A stretch of 54,487 nt of DNA, counting the filler, from Sphacelaria rigidula (Eukaryota), in the NCBI GenBank assembly GCA_964200075.2. It is 4 parts of 4 records of this genome, joined end to end, with 100 filler letters (N's around TTAATTAATTAA, not from the genome) between each part and the next. Parts side by side here need not be neighbours in the genome. Positions count along the whole stretch, not along the records: positions 1 to 13,547 come from CAXNAA020002812.1; positions 13,648 to 27,194 come from CAXNAA020002813.1; 2 more parts are not named here. One strand, 5' to 3'. Below the pieces are notes generated by a model that was not told the DNA's origin, did no database searches, and was given only the letters and a program-made list of their open reading frames with translations. Position 1 is the first letter of the stretch. Every line of letters begins with the position of its first letter. This document shows positions 12,479 through 26,000 of the stretch, in pieces. A program made the translations under genes and the position numbers.

Positions 12479-12838
12479 GTCGCCCCGGTGGCTTAGTTGG
12501 TGACCTCGAAACGTTCTGACGGTTGGGTCGTGGGTTCGAATCTCGAAGCGATCCGGGATTTTTCTCACACAATGCCCAACAGTGAAGAGCGACAATGTCG
12601 TGGGTACACAAAAACTCAACTTAACGGTCGACGAGGGAAAGGGACAGCTGAACCCCTCTCGGTATTAAAATATAAGAACAAGCACCGCAGAAGGGAGATG
12701 GAGAACTAAAAAAGAAATGAAGAAGAAAAAACTGCTGTGTTGGCCTTCCCCCTGTGTGACCCCGCCTGGTGCGCCCACATATACCGAAAGGTGCAGCACG
12801 GCGTCCAGAATAAATGGGATGACAACACACACAACACG
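12479..12838 (+). mobile_element. tRNA-derived SINE, near full length
   Basis: A box TGGCTTAGTTGG (12489-12500) and B box GGTTCGAATC (12533-12542), body containing GTCGACGAGGGAAAGGGAC, and a (CA/ACA)-rich tail. Homologous pieces occur on two other contigs. Confidence 0.8.
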
Positions 12839-13027
12839 CAAGATAGGTAGTTTTATTGGTAGAATACCCTTCCGAGGCAAAGAGGATTATTCGGAACAGG
12901 GTTCGATATCCTTCCGGATCATACCGAAAATGCTTGCGACACATTCCGGTGTGGTTTAGTATGTAAGCCAAAGTTTCCCACTTCCGGGTATGTATACCGT
13001 ACAGGACACAACATTTTTTTTCAATTA

Positions 13028-13245
13028 TTATCGCACTGTAACTGACCCCCCCCCAGGGGTCCAGCCGTGGTCACATGGTATACGTATGCGAAAAAAACAA
13101 ATCTGAAACACTCGCTGAAGAATGAGAAAGAACAGGAAAAAGTCGAAGAGAACGACATGGTAGACTAAGGCCGTTTCTTCCGGTTGGTTATTTTCCCTCG
13201 TATTTCGCAACATATTATGAGAAAAAAATACCTCTGGGAAAATAC
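13028..13245 (-). mobile_element. Copy of the same LINE/SINE-like 3'-end repeat
   Basis: tcgcactgtaactgaccccc...gtccagccgtggtcacatg...aaacactcgctgaaga is the reverse complement of motifs in the 21475 and 30365 copies. Confidence 0.65.
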
Positions 13246-13547
13246 TATGAGAGATGTTGACCCTAGCTTACGGTTGCAGATATATTTTTGAGGGGGGTGG
13301 GTACCTAAAGGGTGGGGGGATACCAAAAGAAAACGGCCAGCGGAAACCGAAGGGATGTGCAGGCCAAGGCGAGGTACAAAGACCTAAAGACTTTGCCATG
13401 CCAAGCTCCCTGTGTTTATGTTAGAAGACCTGAAGCGTAGACCTCCCTCGATCGCTGCTGGCCCAGCTCGCACTGTGTGCAACCTGCCATCTTCAATCTA
13501 TACTGCCATATCACGTACGCAGCAGTACAGACCAAAGTACTGTACTG

Positions 13548-13647
13548 NNNNNNNNNNNNNNNNNNNNNNNNNNNNNNNNNNNNNNNNNNNNTTAATTAAT
13601 TAANNNNNNNNNNNNNNNNNNNNNNNNNNNNNNNNNNNNNNNNNNNN
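13548..13647. other. Artificial contig linker (N44-TTAATTAATTAA-N44)
   Basis: Exactly 100 bp with a central palindrome giving stops in all six frames; identical to the other two linkers. Confidence 0.98.
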
Positions 13648-13689
13648 GCGGGGGGGGGGGGCGGGGGGGGGAGAGAAACAGGAGAAAGT

Positions 13690-13726
<37 letters not shown>

Positions 13727-14023
13727 CGTACTCATTTTCGAGACAGGGTAGGGCAGCGAGGAGGCATGAGTAGTGTCGAAAACGGTGTAGGGATAGAGAA
13801 GGGAAGAGGGCGATCAGGAATGTTAGTGTGGCACGGTTCTTTTGCTTCAGATGCTCTGAACGCGGGGGGAGAGGTATCGTGCATGGTGCGCAGAGGGATG
13901 GACCAGGAAGGGAAATGCGAATTGAGCGCGTTCTTCTTGTTTTCCCACAGAATGGTAAAAAATGAAGGTGGAACAAGTCAGAATGGTACGCGGTGATATT
14001 TCTGTACATGTGTCCCTGCTCAC

Positions 14024-17000
14024 ATTCGGAAAGCATGCTGAGTTTCCTCTAGGACAGCATCGTGCTCCTTGGTCACCGTCTCAACTTCAACCGCCGACGC
14101 TTCCTTCGCCTTGTCCAAGTTTTCCCGCAACACTGCCCTCCACCTCTCGTCCGATTCCTCTGCGGCCTGTTTTGCTTCTTCAGTACAAGCCGCTTTCGTA
14201 CTCGTCACGGCCGCCTTTCGGTTTGTACACGAATAGCGGGATGTAGTGGAAAGCGCGCCGAAGCGTCATGAAGCGTGAGATGAGTAGCCTCACCAAACCC
14301 TCGTTCATTCGAAACTGTATCGAGTGTTTTCTTGAATTGCCTAGTTAAATGTGCTGGTCGGACTTCCGGACACACAATCGAGTGTCGCTGTCAAAAACAG
14401 CCCCCATAATGAAATTCACAGATGTTTGCCACATTTTGCAAATACGCGTAAATGCTTTGGGCTGTGATCGCTTTCTAATGCGGAAGCGGCAAGGTAATTC
14501 TATTTGGCATGTTAAACAGGATACTGAGTGGTAGTAGCTTGTGCAATGGGACCAACACTGCAAATGGCGTGGAACACCCTGTACGAACTTATAACGGCGT
14601 CCCCCTCGATTTGGGACTGTCTTCGTGAAAAAAAATCTTCCGAGTCACGACTGTATCATTCGTACCTGGACTCTACTCTGAGCCCGGGTTTCCGCTTCCT
14701 CCGCTGCTCGCTCCATCTTCTCACGATGCCTGTCCTTCATCACTTTTACTTCGGTTCTGTTGCACCATGCAGAAGCGAGGGGGAGCCATGGATAGATATC
14801 TTCCATTCAACATTGAGACCTACTCTTGTGTAGAGTAAAGTATGACAAATTTACCGCAGGACAATACTTCACGACTTCTTGACGGGATGTTTTCTTCCTG
14901 GGCGATTAGCGCTGATGGTAGATGCTCGAGATTCCGGGTAACTAGCTTGATATAGCCGTGCTAGTATAGTGGAGCTGTTGTGGACATCTAAAGCACCACG
15001 TTGTGTGATGGGTGCACCTGCTGTGTCTGGCAGCAGCTTATGTCCAAGACCAAAAAAACTTACCTACTTGTACAAACCAAGGCATGGTTGCTCGATTGGG
15101 CCGAATCCCCCTATTCCGAATCAATTTTCTAAGGTCTGTTATGTACACGGTCATCCATAATAGTGCAACCATACGCTTTCGAAAAGTGTCCAACAGCAAC
15201 CGTCCCTCTCGGCGGTGGGGTTGGGGTGAAGGTATCATTTCATTTCTTGCCTGATTTTTTCCAATTGCTCCGTCAAAACCAGTTCGACACTTCTGAGGTC
15301 ATCCATATTTTTTTCCTGCTCCGCGGCATCAGCCGCAGCCTTGTCTGCGCGCTCAAGCAATGCAACTCTTTCCACCGCAAACGACTGTTCGACTTCGTCC
15401 AACTGACGGAGCGCGTCCGCCTCGGCTGCTCGGTGAGCTTCCTGCGGACGGCGGTCACGAAGAGGATGGATGCCGATGAGATGATATTCCTTGGCATGAT
15501 TGGCTCAATCAAGGGAGCATATATCCACGTATGAATGCTCCGGGAAACGACAGTTGAGAGCGTAATGAAAGGTCGCTTACCGCAAGTTAGTAAGACGTGT
15601 TCGATAAGCACCAAACAATAATCGTCCGCAGTACAACACATATATCCTCAAGATCACGTTGTCCCAACCACGGCCGCTGGCCGCCTTTTGGTTTTTGAAA
15701 CAGTTTTCTCCACCTGAACTAAGCTCCTTCGCACCCCCGTATGCCCGCTTCATCTCGTTCACCTGCGAGCAACTCGATACTTGTCATTTTGGGGTCAACC
15801 ATGTTCCCAGATGCATTATTTATAGAACCTCCTGGGCACAGGTGTACCCCGTCCGATCAGCATGAGTGGTCAATGGTCAGACAGACCAGGAACACAAAAC
15901 ATGAACCCTCTCGATTGCGCGGTTCGGGACTGGGTAACCCTATTGTGCAAGGCATGAGGGTTTCCGAGATGCTTTATGCGAAGTTGTCGCCTTCGATCCT
16001 CGAGCAAACATGCTCATGACCCGATTCACCTGGAGTATGTGATACGCATAGTGAAATCCAAGTGGAACACACACAGACGCCATGTTCACTGTGCGTAGCG
16101 CAGGGACTTTTATGCCTACAGGCGAAGTTGAAACTAACTCGCATGCATGCCAAATATGCAGCGTTCGTTTTCTGTAAACTTAAACAAGCTATATCAATCC
16201 CGTTTGACGAACTTCACGAAACGCCAGGCTGATGACTCGCATCCCCCGCACACTCCGTCCCGGAATCATACGAACGCAAAGGCAACGAAGTCAAGACTAC
16301 GCTCTTCCCTCGACCGTGGGCAGTCGCACGTGAGGCGGTCCCTGGCGATGAAATAAGTAGGTTTAGTCGCTAGTGAACTAACCTCGACTGCCGCGTCTTG
16401 ATTCCTGCGCGCCTGCTCTCCGGCCTCTCTGAGTGCACGCCGGGTGCGCTCGCGCACGTCGCTTTCCGCGGTGGTTATCGCTACTCCGTTCATTATGCGG
16501 AGGAAGGCCCAGCCCTTTCGATTTCTCGACCAGCGCACGAGACCTTGCCCGAGACGCTCAGCGGCCAGCATTCGCTTTGACGCACTTTCTCGTTCTATGC
16601 ACAGGTCAGATGTAATGTTGCCGAACAAACACACAGGGTTGAACCGAAAAAAACATTAACAGCAACGAAAAGGCAGTGGAGTTCACAGCCGAGAAAACAT
16701 AGGCATGAACGATCATTGATACGTTCGACAGAGCTGTTTTTTTTACTTGTTTGCCGAGACAAACGATCAAGCTTGCGAATAATGGGCGGTTCGTTGACAA
16801 GAGGCAGGTTTAGTCCACCGTTGCTTCTTATCATTCAAGATCTCTACACACTTTGGTGCGATGGAGGGCACGCGGATATCGAGTTAGGATGGCGTTCGTT
16901 GGAGGTAAACAAGCACGGCTGATGTCTTTCTAAATTTTCACCCACGGCTGGTCGAATACGATCCTCCTTCGGCGCAATGAAGTAGGATGGGCTCAACAAA

Positions 17001-20000
17001 TCGGCTCAGTCTCTAACGGCACGATTACTGGGCAGATGCAAGGCACTAATTTCAAAGTAAAAAATCCTAGTCCGTTCGTTTATTCTTGTTGTTTCACGTG
17101 TTTTCACCGTTGAGACGAGCTTGTACTACCCCCATTTACTTTCGAGGAGAGTTATTGTTGACAGTATGATTTGTGGGCTTCGCTGCGTATCTGCATCGTT
17201 GAGGTATGGCTGGGCTGCCCCAGCACGAGAGGTAACATAGAGAGTGGGAAACTGTTGGTTCGTTGACTGCTTTGTTATCACCGTTGAGATGCGCCTGTAG
17301 TGCCATAAGCTGTCGCTGTACTTCCCCGGTCTTGAGTAGCTGCTCGCGAAGGTGCAGCTGTTGGTCAACGGCCTGCTTACGCTTCGATTCGTCCGCCTTC
17401 TCGATGCAGACGATCCCGCACACGCATGTGATGGTTTGGTAGGTGTTCAGAGGTCGAATGGTACTTTCGGCGACCTACCGCTGGAATGGGGTGTCGTGAC
17501 AACGACCTCAACAACGGAGCGTGGTCGAATGCGTCGAGAGACCGTTCGATGTGGACCTCGAGGAATTCTGTGCGGCAAATACAAACTCGCACTCGACCTT
17601 CCAAAACACGCTCCGCGACAACCATGGCTCATACTCTACTATAAACACTTTTGACTGCTGTGTCTTTGGAATGCTTGGTAAATTTGTTTTGTAGTCCCAA
17701 GTCGTTCCTTCAGCTGTTTCGTCAATTGCAAACCCAAAAGATTGTATGTCATTAATGATATCACTTGAATACAAAATGTGGGAGGTGTCTCTATTAGGAG
17801 AAGGAACCGTTTTTCGTCTCGGAAGCGATGCGTGGTCAATGGTCAAACGACTAAGTAAGCAACAAATGAGTTAGCCTTCCCCCCCCTACTGCTCGAGCTA
17901 TCTATCCATCGCTCACCCTGGGACAGTAGTTTTACCCTTATCATCGCTTCAGTGGAATTTTCTGAATCAAGACATGCTTTGCCTGGCGACAGTATTGATT
18001 GTATATTTATTTCAGGAGCCTTGTTAAGAGCTTCATGGTCTATCTCATCTCTTTTAGCCAAAACGCTGCTGAAATTTTCTCGTTCTTTTGGAGAATTGGT
18101 CTCCTAAACCAATGCCTCTCATCCCATGTTTTCCATCATATCGTGGTGGACGCGTTGTTTATTCGAGATACTCTATGAGATTGTTTTGGAGACTTGTCAA
18201 GATATTCTCGCTAGTGCCAAGGCAGCCACCTTTGAAAAAATAATAGGGTGCACACGTGGCCATTCGGCTACCCACATGAAAATCTTCTATCGCGGTTTTC
18301 ATCATCTCGAGGGTATTTTACTCTCTAGAGGGTATTTCATCCCCAGGTGCGGCCATAAACGAATCCTCTAGAGGGCATCTGATGCTCCAGCGACTTCTGA
18401 GGTCTGAATCCCTCGAGAGTAACAAAAGAGATGGTGCTCGGGAGGGCCGCGCATCCTCCCAATTCCTCCGGGGGGATGCGCAGCCCTCCAGAGGCAAAAC
18501 AAATATCTGGAGAGTGTTTGATCCCACCCTCATGAAGGGTCGCGCACCCTCTGGAGGCGTTTAATTCCTCTGAAGGCTCGAAACGTTGACCGGAACAGAG
18601 TATTTTGGGGGTAGCCGAATGGCCGCGTGTGTGTAATCTATTCCGTCATGGTACATCGACGCTCATACTGGAAACTTGACCATGAGAAATGGAGACCTTC
18701 TGCTTTGGATACTGTTTAAATTTGAAACATTCATTCGTTTTTGCTGAATGAATAATTAGTACTTTTGCAGCTATTCTTTATCAACAATAACATGCAAAAC
18801 CCGGTAATATCACAAGCTTTGAAAACTAGTTCCTAACATAACGATCGTGTATCGAGTCATTTCAAAGCAGGGGGGCACACAATATCTCTAAGGTGTGAAC
18901 TGCTGGGAGCCCTCTGTCTCGTCCAAAGACCGACCGTTGAAATATGTGAGAGCACGCCATGATTAGCACTCGAATGGAAGACGATTAAGGGATACCTCGA
19001 ACGGGTTGTCAGACGGAAATGTCCTGACCCATATTCTTGAATAGTACCTGACTTCAGGAGCCTCTCAATGAGAAACGTCCTGGCCCATGTGCCACCCCTA
19101 CCGCGCCATGGCTTTTCGGGTTGCCGCAGGGGACATATCCAAGGAAGAACTTTGCTTGAGTGGAACGGATCATTGTACAGCAAACTAAGGTTTCCCCTGC
19201 TGTCGCTATAATAAACGACATTTTCTTGAAAGGTGAAGCGTTAACCCGTCCTACTACGCGCGTGTATTGCTCAACACACCTCGTCAAGAGCTGTCTGTGC
19301 GGCGACCAAGCTCTGGCTATGTCTCTTGGCGTCCTCCCCCTGCTGAGTTCTTGTCGACGTGAGTTCGTCGGACAAGGCCTGCACCTGTTCCCTTAACCGC
19401 CGGTTGGCGGTGCGCGCCGTTTCTAGTGCCTTGATTATCATGACATACGCAAGCATAGAAAGGTCGAAGTAATGCAAGCCGCTATTTGGCAGGTGGTGGT
19501 AGAGGAAGCTGAAGGACGTCAGTCATTGCTGGATTAGCTGCTTCGTGCGAGATACACGCAGCAAGTAGGCAGATGAATTACAATACTGTCGCCTACACCG
19601 AATGAAGACGAAGGAAGGCATGATGGTCGAGAATTTTGCCGTTGATGACATGATATCCTCTTCCTCTATCTGTTCTTCTGATCCTCTGTCTCTCTGTCTC
19701 TCTCCAAGGCTTACCGATTGCTCCGCTCTAAGGTTGTCCCTGGCTTTGGAGTAACCCTCCTTAAGCAATCCCAGCTGTCGAGTGGCCGCTACAAGCTCAG
19801 CCTCCATGGCTACCTTTCATGAGCGAGACGCGGAGCAGAGCAGCATATATCCATGAATGGCCGCACCTGGTTTGTTACGCTTCGCTTGAACATGAATATG
19901 TCACGGCGGTAATCAACTGCTCCAAGCCTACACCGCAGTAAGGCGAGTGTATACTGCCTGTACTAAACATGTCACCAGTGAGGGAAGCTAAATTTTCCTC

Positions 20001-23000
20001 ACACTCGTGTAACACGTCTTAGATCGATCGTCCTGTTTCATGTGACACAGGTTCACATTTTCCTCTTGAATCGGTGCGACGCAACCGGTGGCGTGAAAGT
20101 GCCGTGAAGCGAGACCTGAGTATAAAATTCTCGCTGTCTTCGCTTAGAGGGGAAAATATGTTGGCTGGCCCCTTACGACTACGGCGTCGTCCCGAGAAAC
20201 GAGAGGGGCCAAACGTGGGCGCGCGAGAAAGAAGAGACGTTTGAAGGGGCGACTGACGGCCTCGAAGAACGAACGGAAGTGACACTGTGCGCACGAAAAC
20301 TACCGGTGTAAACTTCAAACCAGGATTCGCTTATCCGGGGTGCGTGCGCATGCGTGGGCCAACAACCTGGGGTCGGTTTCACACATTTACCTTTTCTGCC
20401 GTAAGATCTCCAATGGCTCCCGTTTTCTCATGCAATTGCTGCTGAAATTCTTCTGTCCTCGCCGCTTGTTCCTCACTCCAGTCCGTCTATGAACACCATT
20501 TGGGGGGGGGATTAAACATTGGTTGAGGTAGTAGAAGTGGGTCCAGAAAAATGGGACGCAGAGGTGAATTGATTTTACAAACTTATGGTCGGTCAACTTT
20601 GTGTCGGAGCGTCTTGGCGTTTCAGCAAGATCTCATAAAAAAAATCTACTGGCTAAGTTTGAACGGTTTGTGGAGGACGCTTCACAAGGTAAACATTACA
20701 AAGGCACATCGTCACAACAAGTTGAACATCGCTTATGACTAAGTCTTCAACACGCGGTTCGTAAAATGTTTTTTACAACCTTAATTTCTCCCAGCTGGCG
20801 TGTGGCCGTCGCCAACGCCTCTCTGAGCTCGTCCCTGCATGTAATCTCAGACTGCAGTTGGCTCTTGAGGTACTGTCGTTCGTTGTCTAGCCGCCGCACC
20901 ACAGCTTCACGTGCTGCTCTATCAGCTGTTGATTCAGAATCAGCGGCACGTGCCTCTGCTAGGTCGTTGGCTCTAGACTGTCAGTGAAGGAGATACCAAC
21001 GACGGGGCATGACGGATCCCGCGTGGGGTGGGAATGGGGGGGGGGCTGAATTGCTCAGCGTTAGCCGAGTACGACCACATGATGCGGTGTGTGTGTTGTG
21101 ATAACATTGTTGAAAGTTTTTTCTGGAAGACTTTGATTGTGCAGAACCAATATTCGGAAATGTGCGTGAGCAGCTGTGTACGCTGAAAACAGTAGTTCTA
21201 GACACAGAGGTCAAACTCAAGCTGCCGAATAGCGGGGCACGGAGAATTACTCGGCGCTCTCGGAACCGGAACGTCCTCATAAAGCTCAGCCTTGTCGAAG
21301 ATCGGTCCGCTGCGCCCTATGGCGAACATGGAGAAAATACTAGAACAATCATACCACAAATGCGTGCTCGAATCTGGGCAAGCACCGTATGGGTAGAGGG
21401 TTGATCACGATTAGTTTGTTGCCCACCGTCTTCAGCTCTGCTACGGCAAATTACACGTTCCTAGTATTTGTTTCTTCAAAGAGTATTTATTTCAGCTTTG
21501 TTTTGTCTCGGGTATGTCTATCATGTGACCACGGCTGGAACCCTGGGGGATGTACTCATGTACTCATGATCATGCGTGCCATAGTCATCAGACCATTGTG
21601 CTGGAACCCTGGGGGATCAGTTAAAGTGCGACAATCAATGAAATCAATCAATCGATCAAAGTATACTGCTGCCACTGTTCAACCCAAGGTACACAAAGGA
21701 CTGAGAGGACATGACTCCCTGAAGGAAAGCGCTAAGAGTATGAGTGCCGGATACTGTGCGTTACCGTGGTGGAGTATGTACCGCGGTCATTTCGCGTTCG
21801 TAGCGAGGCTTCGCGTGGATATAACCGAAGTACTTTGGAGCTACACGGCTACAAAAGGTCATGCCGGGTATACACTCTTGACATTTAGAGAAAGGCGTGC
21901 ACATTTACCACAACGTCGACGGACGTGAAGGCTGAGTGTTCACGACATGACTTTAGGAAAAGAGGCGTTTTTGCTTCACCTGTGCTTTTTCGAGCTCCTC
22001 GGTGCGACCATCTAGCTTGGCAGCGGCTTGCGCCAGCTCCGCCTTCAGACTCTCCTCCCGTCTTCTTGCCATGGATAGATCCCCCAAGGAATCGTTTAAT
22101 TGGTCCTGAAGAACTTGTAGCTTGGATTGAACTCTGCGGGCCGAGCGCGACGTGAAGGTAGGCGGGTGTGGGTGGGGGAGAAACGGGGACCCCCTAGTTG
22201 GTCTCAAGATCCAAGTGTTTCCTTTGGATTTCAATCGTCGTCAAACCGCATGTATCCCCACCGCTCAACCACGCTGAACGTTAGCAAACCGCGCATAAAC
22301 AGGAAACGTACGCAACAACCAGCTTAGCGGAAGACAGGTCCCTAACGTATAATCTCGTCGGAATTGCTACGACTCTAGGCGGGATAAAATTAAAGTTCCT
22401 CACTTCCATTGTAACACGAAATGGCATGGCTAATGACGACATCACAACACGGTGAAGACAGTGGATAAAAAGTGCGTAGAAATGAGCTACTGAACTGCGT
22501 TCCAACTAAATCTTCGAGTATCAAACACTGACGCAGCATCACACCGGTAGGCTTCGCTCATGCTCTCCTCCATCTGTCGCTGAATTCGTGCTACCGCTTC
22601 CTCTACCGCCACCTCCCGCGCCTTGTCCGCAGCCGCGGCCTGTTTTCGACGCTCGTCCTGAGCGTCGAAAAGATTCTTGCGGGACAGGGCTACCAAAGGA
22701 GGGACGATGGGGAGGACAGGGAGGACAAAAATAGCGGTTGACTCGTCGATGGGCGTGTAGAAACTTTCCTCCTTCATCATATTTTCAACACCCTCCGTCC
22801 ATCAAGAATATGTCTGGCATTATGGCTCCGGGGATTTCATGAATGCTCCCGCACCGCGTGGACTGTCGTCAATTTCTCTTCGCTACGCCATCCTCACGTT
22901 TCAACCGTAACTACACCTGTCGCCCCAATGAGGTAACGGCCACACCACCTGGGCGCCGCGGGACTAATTGATTGATCCCTGCACATGAACTGATTCCAAC

Positions 23001-26000
23001 AAGGCAGACGTACCCAAGGTGAATAAAGACGGAAACACTTGCTGAAGGAAGCTCGTAGAAGGGGGACGGCAATAAATAGAGAGAGATGGATAGATAAAGA
23101 GAGAGAGAAATAACTGATAACAGAGTACCCTCAAAAACGAGAAACATGAAACACACGCATGTACATGTGGTGATGCTATACGATACGTCGCGGTAGTCAA
23201 CGCTCATACGCAACTGCACCGTGAACTGTGAATAAAATGATACTATTTCATTTACCAAGGGTTCTAGTATAGCACTTAATGCATATTACGATGCGCCTGT
23301 ATTGCAACGACGTCGAATTTGCACAGTTCAGTTCGACTTGTATACCAGAATTGAACCCTTCGATAAATATTGTGAGTCATACTCTCTGTAGCACCGGAAA
23401 GTGAATAATACTTGCAGGTTACCCGGCATATCTGTTGTAGTCCTAGCAGTCGACTGAAATGATTTTTTTCATCACTTTCTCCAAAAACAACGCTTGAAAA
23501 GTTGGAAACCCTCGGGTGCCCCTCCATGCTACAAACGTGCTGTTGTTTGGATTTGAAGAGGAGTGAGCTAGGCAAATTGCAATCCTGACACGTGCTTACA
23601 GTTTCTGTTTGCCCTTGGAAGCCTTTTTGCTCAGGAAGCAATTAAGGATCTTCACTACTGCCCGAGCATTCATTTACAGATTCGCTCGGATAGGCGCAAA
23701 TGGAAATAAGACGAACAACGTTCTGAGACGCGTTCTTACCAAGCGCAGCCTCCACTTCTGCCTTCAAGGTCTGCTCTGATGATAGCTGGGCCTTCAAAAA
23801 CTCCACCTGATTTCACCGGACAACCATACAGACACACAGCGGAGGGTAGAATCATAATAATGCGTATGATCGTCCATTATTCCGATCGAGACTGACCGTC
23901 TTTTGGTTCCCTTCTCGTCCTCTCAAGCCCTCTATGCCCATCCTGAGGACGAGTCGGCAGTCTCGAAGAATCAACCAGTTGCTCCGCCGGTACCGTGCTT
24001 ACCTTGTGCGTTGTTCTCGAATATCGGATCAGCATTTCCACAGCGTTTATTTTTTTATTTTCGTCTACTTGAATTATTTTTTCCCAACCCTTGTTTTCAT
24101 GTGTTCGGGCAATGTAAACCACAGAAATAGTCTTCCCCGCTACCCCCGGGATGGTTTTCGACTCCTCAAAATCCGCCCGAATTCAGTGATGTTTGAACCA
24201 GAACCAGCTACGAACGCTTATACACATGCTTATAATCTAGAACAATTGTGTTTCATTGTGATGATGAATATTATTGCGCACCCAACTAACGTGGTTTCCA
24301 GTTCAACTGGAAGTTTTCGTTTTTCTTCAGACGTCGACTTTTTGTTGGCCGCAAACGTAGTGCACGTAGTTGTAGCAGGCGAATGCAGCGTCGCCCTGCA
24401 AGTTTATACCATTGCAAATTGCAAATTTCTTCCTTCCTTTCCCCCCAGGAACAGCACCGAAACTCTTGTGTTTTGAGTCAACCTTGTTGTTGAGGGTTCG
24501 AATCCGCGCCTCCGAGGTTGCTGTGGCCGCCGCCAGGGTACTCTGCCCGTCTCTCCTCCCGCCAGACTCATCGGTGATATCCATCGACTGACTTTGCTGC
24601 ACCGTCTGCCTTAGAACGCCGATGTCCTGGAACGTTCGGGTGCAAATCGATTCGTGTCGGTAAGCTCGGAACTGTAACATCCTCGCAAAGGTCCGCGCCA
24701 GTACAGGAGAGTAGCATCTTCACCGTGCAAAACCTAACAGTCGGGGTTTCCGTGTAGGTTTGATCACCTTTCGTGACTTTTCCGCTTCTTCTTCGGCCAC
24801 CTGCCTCCTTCGTATTTGCTCCTTCTCTCGGGCCTTGAGCGTCGATATGTTTTTCGCCGCTTCTGACACCTGCTTGTAGTCACCATTTCCCCACAGGACA
24901 AGAACGCCGTCACTTCAGCCCTTAGCTTGCAAACGTCACAGGGCGGAACGAAACCGACACCCAGAGGACGACAGCGTTACGCTAAATGCAACATCCTGTA
25001 CGCTGTTATAATGGCTCGAAGGTACATTTAAATACTCATTGCGATACAGTAGCACGCATTGGATTGCAGCAGCTCAGCGAGCACACAGCAAACGACGAAC
25101 ACAAAGACATTATTGGTGTATGATACAGCAGGCCCTTGCGCTGCTTAATCAGCGGGTATCATCACGTGAACCTGTCCAGCGTGGCACCGCGTACGTATGC
25201 TATATCAGACTTAGCGAAGACCGTATATTGTATCGCTTTGACGTCTACCCCGTGCCAACACCAACGCGTGCCTGTTCCTGAAGAACAGAGGCGCGATCTT
25301 CCATAGCGGCGGCGAGCGACCGCGCTTCCTGTAACTCGCGTCTGCCCTTCGTCTCTGCCACGGCTACCTGGAATCCCACATTTTTTATGATAATGAAGTC
25401 GGGCATTACAGGCAAGGCATACGGGTAGCGACAAACATAGCCATATGTACGCTTGAAAGCCTTTTGAGTAGATGATCGGACACGATTCCTGGAATTCAAT
25501 GTGCTAGTACTGAATGACTCAGCTTTCGGCTGTTGTACCATGTACATACGAAACGGTCAGGGAGGATGAAATATTACAAGAACACCGTTGTCGTAAAACA
25601 CATCGACCAAAATACGCTGGTGCCGTCTCGACAAGTGACGGAGTTAGTCGGTGTGTCGCAGACCGGATTGTCGATAAGCTGAGCCTTCACCTCATGTGCT
25701 TTTTCTGCCAGAATCGATCTCTTGGTGTCCGCGAACCGTCTTTGCTGCTCCGCCATGTCTTTAAGGGCCTGCTCTAATCGTGCGAGGAGGTTCTACATCA
25801 ACGCAGCGGAGAGCGAGGGGAAGAGCCCGATCGGTAGCTTAAATTGAGAAAGTAAACGAGAGAGGTGACCGCCGAAAATGTACACGCCGCAGGAGGCACA
25901 GGGGTCACGGAAGTCCAGCGGGAAAAACATGGGATGGACCGGCACGCGCTGAGTTTATCCGCGTTCGACGTCGATATCTTCCTCTCCGTGACCGATCCCG

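Noticed and set aside
12481-12555. tRNA gene
   Set aside because: A and B boxes are present, but there is no consistent acceptor or anticodon stem and the sequence continues into a multi-copy SINE body.
13596-14036. Poly-proline / poly-glycine ORFs here and at 40886-41575
   Set aside because: These are translations of poly-G contig ends and N-linkers.
15660-15762. Extra exon of the coiled-coil gene (CAG|VNEMKRAY...)
   Set aside because: I found no good phase-0 donor, and exons 16594-16383 and 15441-15251 already join in frame with a natural sequence (DAAVE-EAHRAA).
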